Positions 56,636 to 64,000 of a DNA stretch of 64,000 nucleotides are shown piece after piece. Both the position numbers and the translations under genes were made by a program. The DNA is from a virus (Duplodnaviria > Caudoviricetes). The stretch is taken from positions 577 to 64,576 of the IMG/VR virus record IMGVR_UViG_3300036827_000091. One strand, written 5' to 3'. How positions within the stretch are numbered: position 1 is the first letter of the stretch; every line of letters starts with the position of its first letter. The notes under the pieces were generated by a model. The model did no database searches. It was not told the DNA's origin and saw nothing but the letters and a program-made list of their open reading frames with translations.

Positions 56636-56954
56636 CCTTCAGGCGCAGTGGCGGGAGTTCACCGACGCCCGCCTGGCTGACCTGCTGGCCGATTCGCTGG
56701 CGTACGCGGTGGCGCGGGCGGCCACCCAGGCGCTGACCGCGCAGCAGTCCGAGATCGCCCGGCTGCGCGCCCAGCTGGACCGCTACCAGGGCCGGACCGT
56801 GTTCCACGCCACCGACGCCAACCTGGACGCCGTCGCACGCGGGCTCCCAGATGACCGCCCGGACGCCCGGCTGGGGGACATCTTGCGGGCCACTGACACC
56901 GGCCGGGAGCTGGAATACCGCGGGCCGGACGCCGGCTGGCAGCCCCGGGCATAA
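56628..56954 (+). CDS. Hypothetical protein
   Basis: Overlapping ORF ending before terminator. Confidence 0.5.
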   Translation: MADLQAQWREFTDARLADLLADSLAYAVARAATQALTAQQSEIARLRAQLDRYQGRTVFHATDANLDAVARGLPDDRPDARLGDILRATDTGRELEYRGPDAGWQPRA

Positions 56955-57005
56955 AGCAGGACCAGGGGCACCGCGCTCACGATAGGCCCCTGGCCTGCTT
57001 GTTTT
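56954..57005 (+). terminator. Intrinsic terminator
   Basis: AAGCAGG-A-CCAGGGGC / GCCCCTGG-CCTGCTT followed by GTTTT. Confidence 0.75.
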
Positions 57006-57121
57006 CCGCAAACTGGTGACTGACCGGTGAGCAGCCTGTTAGGTTCGCGGGGTTGAGTGCGAAGGCCCCACCGTTTGCCGCGCCGGGGCTCGCGCACGTT
57101 CGCCAAGCAAAGGATAACCGC

Positions 57122-57907
<786 letters not shown>

Positions 57908-57985
57908 CTGCCGTCTGGGCTTGTCCTGCGGTAGCATCCGCCTAGCAGCATCCCCCGCAGCTGCGCGCTGAAGGGGAGCCGCTGT

Positions 57986-58498
57986 ATGGCCTTGCTCGCT
58001 TACCAGGTGCACTGCCCCAACTCGGGGCAGACTGTCCTGGCCGGATGCGCCTGCGAAGACGCGGGCCACGACGCGGCTGCCGCCGGCCGCCATCACGACC
58101 GCTGCCAGATGGCCAGCCTGACCGCCAACCTGGCGTGCGCCGGGTCGGCTGAATGCTGCGGCAGCGTCGGTGAGGACCACGACTGCGAAGCGATCTCCAA
58201 CGCCTGCCCAGGCGGGCACGGGGACTGCCCGGTGCCAGATGACTGCGCGCTGCACGAGTCGGTGAAAGCGCACTACAAGCAGATGGCCGCCGGGCTGGGC
58301 CAGCACAAGGCCAATGTGGCCGCCGGGCTGGCTGAGGACGTGCCCCATTTCGCCGAGGCAGCGCAGGAGCCACCGGAACAATGCCCCGGCGGGCATTGCC
58401 ACAAGCTGATCGAAGACTGCGCGGTGCACCACCCGGTGACCATCATCGCGGGCCAGGGCACCGCGTACCTGCGGCCGGTTGCGCAGGCCGCGTCATGA
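57986..58498 (+). CDS. Cys/His-rich protein
   Basis: SD GGGGAG; 14 Cys and 14 His in 170 aa. Confidence 0.65.
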   Translation: MALLAYQVHCPNSGQTVLAGCACEDAGHDAAAAGRHHDRCQMASLTANLACAGSAECCGSVGEDHDCEAISNACPGGHGDCPVPDDCALHESVKAHYKQMAAGLGQHKANVAAGLAEDVPHFAEAAQEPPEQCPGGHCHKLIEDCAVHHPVTIIAGQGTAYLRPVAQAAS

Positions 58499-58998
58499 GG
58501 CGGGCGGCCAGGCAGCTGATCGCTTCGGTGACGCTGGGCACGTTCGGGCTGGCCTTGTGGATGTGGGTGCTGCTCGGCGCGGCCCTGGACCAGGCGATGG
58601 CGCAGAAGATCATGAACTCGATCACCAGCGCCACCGCGTTCGCCACGCTGACCACCGGGTTCCGCATCCGGCTGGACTCGGGCACCTCGACGGCAGCGGC
58701 GGCGGGCACGGAGATCACCGGCAGCGGCTACACCGCGGGCGGGCAGACCAGCTCCGCGCCGTTCGCCACCACCGCCACCCTGGCCAGCCCCAGCGTGGTC
58801 ACCATCCCGCACACCGCGGTGCTCACCTGGACCAACGGGTCCGGCTCGGGCTGGTCCATCCAGTCCCTGGACTTGAACGACGGCGCGGGCACCCCGGTGC
58901 GCACCATGTTCGGCAACTGGAACGGCGCGCCCATCGCGGTGGCCAACGGCAACACCTTCCAGGTGGCGCTGGACGCGATCAGCGCCCAGGGGTCCTGA
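58495..58998 (+). CDS. Small virion structural protein (fibre-associated type)
   Basis: GTEI.GSGY..GG, V.NG.TF motifs; start uncertain. Confidence 0.65.
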   Translation: MRRAARQLIASVTLGTFGLALWMWVLLGAALDQAMAQKIMNSITSATAFATLTTGFRIRLDSGTSTAAAAGTEITGSGYTAGGQTSSAPFATTATLASPSVVTIPHTAVLTWTNGSGSGWSIQSLDLNDGAGTPVRTMFGNWNGAPIAVANGNTFQVALDAISAQGS

Positions 58999-59084
58999 CC
59001 GGTGTCCGGCTACACCCCGGCCAAGGTTGATGTCCGGCAAGGCGGCGGGCATCCAAGTTTCCCTGACCTGAGGGGCTGAGTCCG

Positions 59085-59675
59085 ATCTCGTTTTACACGG
59101 GCACCCAGACGGAGGTGCTGTCGGCGTCGATCGCCGCTGGCACCCAGCTGGCCACGTTCACCACCGAAGCCAGCCTCATGGGCGGCATCGTCCTGCCGAA
59201 GATCCCCGCCGGGTATTTCCTAAACAACCAGTCAACGGGCCGCACGCTGCGGTTCAAGGCGTACGGCAAAATGGGCTCCACCACCACCGGCCCGAACTTC
59301 ACCATCACCCCCCGGCTGTTCACGCACGGCACGGCGTTCTCCGCCGGCGGCGGCGTCCTGCTGGGCACGTTCGCCGTGGTGCAGATGGCCGCGTCGCAAA
59401 CCCTGGCCATGTGGGACATGGAGCTGGACATGTGGATGGACAACCCGAACGAGGGCGCGACCACCAACATGTCCGTGTTCGGGAGGATTCATTCGCCCAA
59501 GGGGTTCGTGTCGCCGTTCGCGGCGACGCTGCCCGACAACAACGTCACCACCAACCTGGTCACCACCTTCGACGCGTGGGCGACGTATGACCTGCACATC
59601 GGCGTGGCGTGCAACACTTCCAACGCCGCGAACCTGATCAACCTGCAGCGGTACAAATTGTACGGCGAGAATTAA
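59085..59675 (+). CDS. Beta-rich structural protein; start possibly ATC at 59085, otherwise GTG at 59115
   Basis: SD GAGGGG 9 nt before ATC; ends LYGEN. Confidence 0.65.
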   Translation: MSFYTGTQTEVLSASIAAGTQLATFTTEASLMGGIVLPKIPAGYFLNNQSTGRTLRFKAYGKMGSTTTGPNFTITPRLFTHGTAFSAGGGVLLGTFAVVQMAASQTLAMWDMELDMWMDNPNEGATTNMSVFGRIHSPKGFVSPFAATLPDNNVTTNLVTTFDAWATYDLHIGVACNTSNAANLINLQRYKLYGEN

Positions 59676-60073
59676 TGGCAGGCACGCTTACCATCCCGCT
59701 GACCCGGCTTAGTGTTGGGACTACGCATTTCCCTGCCACTGGCGGCCAGCCGGTCGCGGACACAGATACGCTGATCGTCCTGACCATCGACCGGACCGTG
59801 TCGCAGGGGCAGACCCAGGGGTTCAACGGGCAGCCCGCCACCACCACCGCGAACATTCTCGCCGAGCAGTCCAATGACGGCGGCGTGACGTGGCAGCCGC
59901 TGGCATCAGCCGGGTTTTCCGGCGGAATCACCGTCATCCCCCGGACCGGGCAGACGGTGACTTCCAACGATGTTGGCGTCTGGCTGCTGCCCGGGACTGG
60001 GCGGCTGGCTCGGGCCACGGTGACCATCGCCGGCGCTACCGTCGCTGTGCAAGGAACCCTGGTCATCTCATAA
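59675..60073 (+). CDS. Beta-rich structural protein
   Basis: TAATG coupling; EQSNDGGVTW. Confidence 0.65.
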   Translation: MAGTLTIPLTRLSVGTTHFPATGGQPVADTDTLIVLTIDRTVSQGQTQGFNGQPATTTANILAEQSNDGGVTWQPLASAGFSGGITVIPRTGQTVTSNDVGVWLLPGTGRLARATVTIAGATVAVQGTLVIS

Positions 60074-60089
60074 CCGGGAGGTGACCGTC

Positions 60090-60119
60090 ATGGCCGCAGC
60101 GGTCACCGCAGGCGGCTGA
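60090..60119 (+). CDS. 9-aa leader ORF MAAAVTAGG
   Basis: SD GGGAGGTG; stop 1 nt before the next ATG. Confidence 0.4.
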   Translation: MAAAVTAGG

Positions 60120-60120
60120 C

Positions 60121-62175
60121 ATGGCTGTAGCGTTCGATGCGGTCGGCCCAGCTGGCGGCGGCGGCGCGCTGACCACTGGCGCGGGGCCGCTCACCTGGGC
60201 GCACATCAACTCCGCGGCCGGGAACGCGATCCTGGTCGGGGTCAACTACCGGGACCACACTACTCCCGAGGCGACCGCCGTCACCTACGGCGCGGTGTCG
60301 CTGTCGCGGATCGGCACTGTCCCGGCCAATAACGTCGGCACCGGCGGCATCGACCTGTGGGGCGTCATCGGCGGCCTGCCGACCGGCTCGAACACGGTGT
60401 CGGTCACATTCACTGGCGGCGCGGGGTTCAACACCACTGGCGGGTCGGTCAGCCTGACCGGCGCGGCCACGTTCGGGTCCGCAGTCACGGCGTTCGCCAG
60501 CAGCACATCGATCAGCGTCAACGTCACCGGCACCACCAGCGGCAACATGATCTTCGTTGTCGGTGGCTTCGGCAGCAACCAGGGCACATTCTCCACCACG
60601 TCGCCGGGGACGCAGCGGTGGGCGGTCCTCGGCGACGGCAACAGCGGCGCTGACAACACGGTCGGCGGCACGTGGGCGTCGCCGGGCGGCACGCAGGCTG
60701 TCGGTTTCTCCAACACGGTGTCGGACTTCTGGAGCCTGGTCGCCGTTGAAGTCCAGGCGGGCGGCGGGGCGGCAGCGCCCGCCGCTGTCGCGGTGGCGGA
60801 GCCGGGGAACACGTGGCTGCGCCGGTTCCACCGCCGGCAGATTCTGCCGCCGCCGCCGGCCGCCGCCGCGGTCACCGCCACCGCGAACCTGGCCGCTGCC
60901 GCCTCGGTCACCGCCCCGGTTTCCGCGCAGCTGGCCCCCGCTGTCCTCCAGGCCGCTGCTGTGCTAGCCAGCCCGGCCGCCGTCCAGCTCGCGCCTGTCA
61001 CGCTGGCCGTGGCCACCGTGGCCGCCGGGCCGGTCAGCACGCAGCTTGCCCCCGTCGCGCTGTCCGCCGCCTGGTCGGCTGCCGCGCCGTCGGCGCTGGT
61101 CGAAAACGTGGCTGCCACGCTGGCCGCCAGCTGGGCGCTGGCTTCTCCTGCGGTCCAGCTGGCCCCGGCCGTGCTGCAGGCGAGCTTCGCTGTCTCCCCG
61201 CCGCTTGCCCTGCAGATGGCCCCGGCCGCGCTGGCTGCCGGGTTCGTGGTCAGCAGCCCATCTGCCATGCTGCTTGCCCCGGCTGCTATGGCCGCCAACT
61301 GGTCACTGGCCGCCCCGTCGGTCCAGCTGGCCCCGGCTGTCCTGCAGTCTGCCTTCGCAGTCACATCGCCCCCGGCCCTGCAGCTTGCCCCGGCTGCCCT
61401 GGCTGCCGGGCTCACGATCAGCAGCCCGGCCGCTGCGCTGATCGCCCCGGCTGCTATGTCCGCTGCCTGGTCGATGACGGCTGTCGCAGTCCAGCTGGCC
61501 CCGGCCAGCCTGGCCGCCGCGTTTGCCGTGGTTTCGCCAGATGCCAGGCTGGCCGCGCCCGCGCCGATGATCATCACCGGGTCGCTGTCCGGCAGCGCTG
61601 GACAGGGCGCGTCCCTGGCTGCCGGGTTCAGCCTGGCCAGCCCCGCCGTGCAGCTGGCCGGGGCCAGCCTGGCGGCTGCCCTGGCGATCAGCGGCAGCGC
61701 GATCCAGGGTGCCCCCGCGATCCTGGCAGCCGGCCTGGCGGTGGCAGCTCCGGGCGTGAGCTTGCGCGCACCCGCCACTCTTGCCGCCGCCACCAGCCTG
61801 GCCGGCCCGGGGGCCATCCTCGCACCCGCAGCTCTGTCCGCGCAGTCGGTTCTGGCAGCTGCCGCCGGGCAGCTGGCCCCCGTATCGCTGGCTGCCCAGG
61901 TTTCTGTCAACAGCCCCGTCACAGCGCAGCTGGCGGCGGCTGTGCTGGCCGCGGCAGCCGTGCTCGGCACCGCCGCCCCGCCGGCCGCGGGCGCAGCCGT
62001 CTTGCCAGCGCAGTGGGCGCTGGCCGCTTCCGGCATCATGATCCCCGCCCAGATCATCTCGGGCCTGCGCGCCGGGGAGCCGCACCTTGCCTGGGCCGCT
62101 GCCGAGCCGCACGGCACCGGCTACGCTGCTGGTAACCCGCACAGCGCGTGGGCCGCTGGCGAGCCGCACAGCTAG
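60121..62175 (+). CDS. Repeat-rich fibre-like structural protein
   Basis: Globular N-terminus then many ~19-20 aa QLAPA.L.A...SP repeats; four (A/G)EPH-type repeats at the C-terminus. Confidence 0.75.
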   Translation: MAVAFDAVGPAGGGGALTTGAGPLTWAHINSAAGNAILVGVNYRDHTTPEATAVTYGAVSLSRIGTVPANNVGTGGIDLWGVIGGLPTGSNTVSVTFTGGAGFNTTGGSVSLTGAATFGSAVTAFASSTSISVNVTGTTSGNMIFVVGGFGSNQGTFSTTSPGTQRWAVLGDGNSGADNTVGGTWASPGGTQAVGFSNTVSDFWSLVAVEVQAGGGAAAPAAVAVAEPGNTWLRRFHRRQILPPPPAAAAVTATANLAAAASVTAPVSAQLAPAVLQAAAVLASPAAVQLAPVTLAVATVAAGPVSTQLAPVALSAAWSAAAPSALVENVAATLAASWALASPAVQLAPAVLQASFAVSPPLALQMAPAALAAGFVVSSPSAMLLAPAAMAANWSLAAPSVQLAPAVLQSAFAVTSPPALQLAPAALAAGLTISSPAAALIAPAAMSAAWSMTAVAVQLAPASLAAAFAVVSPDARLAAPAPMIITGSLSGSAGQGASLAAGFSLASPAVQLAGASLAAALAISGSAIQGAPAILAAGLAVAAPGVSLRAPATLAAATSLAGPGAILAPAALSAQSVLAAAAGQLAPVSLAAQVSVNSPVTAQLAAAVLAAAAVLGTAAPPAAGAAVLPAQWALAASGIMIPAQIISGLRAGEPHLAWAAAEPHGTGYAAGNPHSAWAAGEPHS

Positions 62176-62184
62176 GAGGGGCCG

Positions 62185-62484
62185 GTGCAGATCCTGTCCG
62201 GCGGCACCCCGTACATTTTCGTGTCGCTCACCGGCCCGCTGGCGGACCTGACCGGATTTCCGGTGAAAATGGCGCTGGTGCCCCGGGGCAGCTACCCGGC
62301 CAGCGGCGACTGGAAGGCCGCTGCGTGGCTGGCCCCGTTCCCGGGGGCGGCCAAGGAGATCGCCGTGCAGCGTGACCCGGCTGTCTGGCCGGACGGCGAC
62401 TACTCCTGCTACGTGCAGGTCACCGCCTCCCCCGAGCTGGTGCCGCTGCGCGCCGGCCGGGTCACCATCGGGCAGGAGCTGTGA
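62185..62484 (+). CDS. Small Ig-like virion protein
   Basis: SD AGGAGG; P..GDW..A.W, G.Y..YV.VT..PE. Confidence 0.65.
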   Translation: MQILSGGTPYIFVSLTGPLADLTGFPVKMALVPRGSYPASGDWKAAAWLAPFPGAAKEIAVQRDPAVWPDGDYSCYVQVTASPELVPLRAGRVTIGQEL

Positions 62485-62678
62485 TCATCGCCGCGCTGGC
62501 TGCCTTGCCCGGCTTGTTCGCCGTGTACCTGGCCGCGGGCATCCTGCTGGACAAGGCAGGCGAGGCGCAGTGGGCTGCGATCCAGCGGGCCTGGGACGCC
62601 ACGGGCGTCACCGTGACTGGTGCCTACCGCGCTGTGGAGCTTAAAGAAGTGCTCGACCGGTCACAGCACCTGCTGTAG
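62481..62678 (+). CDS. Small membrane protein
   Basis: GTGA overlap, N-terminal TM. Confidence 0.45.
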   Translation: MIIAALAALPGLFAVYLAAGILLDKAGEAQWAAIQRAWDATGVTVTGAYRAVELKEVLDRSQHLL

Positions 62679-62887
62679 CGTGATGGCAGGGGGCTGATGG
62701 ACACACACCCGGGTGCCTGGCCCCTTGCCCCGGCGGCAGGGGGCTGCTACCCCCCCCGGCGGCTCCCTGCCCCGCTGGGAGCCCCGCTGCCAAAACAAGT
62801 CACTGTAAGTACACTGTGTCACACGCGATCCTGCGGCCACCTCGTGTACCTTTGACGCCATCACGTTGTTCTAAGCCAGCGGGGTGA

Positions 62888-63193
62888 ATGCACGTGGCTG
62901 AGCGCAAGCGCGCCAGCGCCGAACCGGTGACCGACCCCCATCCTGCGCAGCCGTACCCGGCTGAGCCCCCGCCCGGCCAGGTGCAGAGCAGGGGCGCGGC
63001 CAACCAGACCGGCCAGCTCCCGCACAGCGCCGCCGCCGGGTGCGCCCGCGCCAGCGCCTACTTCGAGCAGATCGCTGCCGACAGCAGCGACCCTGCCGAG
63101 GTGCGGCGGCTGGCTCAGGCCGCGCTGGAGGACGTGGGCCGGTTCGTGCCAGACCCGATGCGCCAGGCCGCCCGCGACGAGGTGGCCCGCTAG
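62888..63193 (+). CDS. Hypothetical protein
   Basis: ORF after a non-coding gap. Confidence 0.45.
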   Translation: MHVAERKRASAEPVTDPHPAQPYPAEPPPGQVQSRGAANQTGQLPHSAAAGCARASAYFEQIAADSSDPAEVRRLAQAALEDVGRFVPDPMRQAARDEVAR

Positions 63194-63268
63194 ACCGGGG
63201 CGGCGTCCCGGGAGCTGGGCAAAGCGGGGACTCAGCACCGGGGCGCTGTCCCACATACGAGGTGCCGC

Positions 63269-64000
63269 ATGCCTGTCAACCTGATCCTCCCCGGCAGTGG
63301 CCACGGCCAGTGCCCGCACATCGCCAGCGGAACAGGCAAGCAGTGCAGCAAGCCGGACATCGACGGGCTCGAATACTGCCTGTGGCACATGCCCGCCGAC
63401 CTGCTGGCGGAAGCTGAGCAGATCACCGGGGTGCTGCGCTGCCACCACGGCCTGGACGAAGGCAGCCCGTGCCATTTCATGGCCACCAAGGGCACCAGCC
63501 CGCCCCGGTGCAAAAACCACGGCGCAAACCACGGCAGCGTGATCAGCAAGCAGGCCGCCGGCCGCCGGGTGGAAGGCCGGGTGATGGCCACGATGGAAGA
63601 CATCATGGCCGAGCACGGGGAGCGGCTGATCAGCCCGCCCGCGGTCGGCAACCCGCTGGCGGAGCTGCTGGACCTGGCCGCGGAAATGGCCGCCTGGAAA
63701 AACATTCTGCGTGACATCACCATCTACCTGATGCAGCGGGGCACTGCCCGGCAGTTCAACGGCCAGGTAGGCGAGCAGATGCGCGCCGAGGTGCTGCTGT
63801 TCGAGCGCGCCCAGGAGCGGTTCGCCAAGATTCTCCTGGACATCGCCAAGCTAGGCATCGAGGCCCGGCTGGCGCAGATCGAGGCAGCCCAGGTGGACAT
63901 GGTGGACCGGGCGCTGACCGCGGCGCTGCAGGCCAGCGGCCTGGGCCTGGTCGAGCAGGACTCCGCCCGCCAGGTGCTGCGCCGCGAGCTGGTGAAAGCG
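63269..64000 (+). CDS. Terminase small subunit-like protein, 3' partial
   Basis: SD GAGGTG; RCKNHG, NPL.EL..LA.E, EQ.RAEV.L.ERA, I.KLGIE.RL; runs off the window. Confidence 0.7.
   Translation, partial: MPVNLILPGSGHGQCPHIASGTGKQCSKPDIDGLEYCLWHMPADLLAEAEQITGVLRCHHGLDEGSPCHFMATKGTSPPRCKNHGANHGSVISKQAAGRRVEGRVMATMEDIMAEHGERLISPPAVGNPLAELLDLAAEMAAWKNILRDITIYLMQRGTARQFNGQVGEQMRAEVLLFERAQERFAKILLDIAKLGIEARLAQIEAAQVDMVDRALTAALQASGLGLVEQDSARQVLRRELVKA

Noticed and set aside
57006-57120. Riboswitch (c-di-AMP ydaO or c-di-GMP GEMM) ahead of the Rpf-like gene
   Set aside because: ydaO conserved blocks are absent; the GCAAA...GCGGGGTT resemblance to GEMM lacks the GNRA loop and receptor. An Rfam scan would settle it.

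Overview
About 64 kb of a high-GC (~70%) actinobacterial long-tailed (siphovirus-like) phage genome, probably nearly complete. The window opens inside the head module and ends inside the small terminase gene; terL, portal and protease are not in view. Order: head/neck/tail genes (1-16.8 kb), lysis (17-19 kb), a leftward Streptomyces plasmid/AICE-type transfer module with an FtsK-like TraB, membrane proteins, divergent GntR/UTRA repressor and DUF2637 protein (19-26.7 kb), a leftward early region of small ORFs driven by eight copies of a conserved sigma70-type promoter, five with the -35 inside an inverted repeat (26.7-36.8 kb, includes Ltp and ArdC-like genes and a ~350 nt structured leader), replication/recombination genes (36.9-52.5 kb), a repeat-rich candidate origin (52.5-53 kb), and a right arm with a candidate signalling propeptide, a secreted LysM-transglycosylase and extra structural genes. 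No integrase, ParA, tRNA or CRISPR array was seen. All family calls come from reading motifs by eye; no searches were run.
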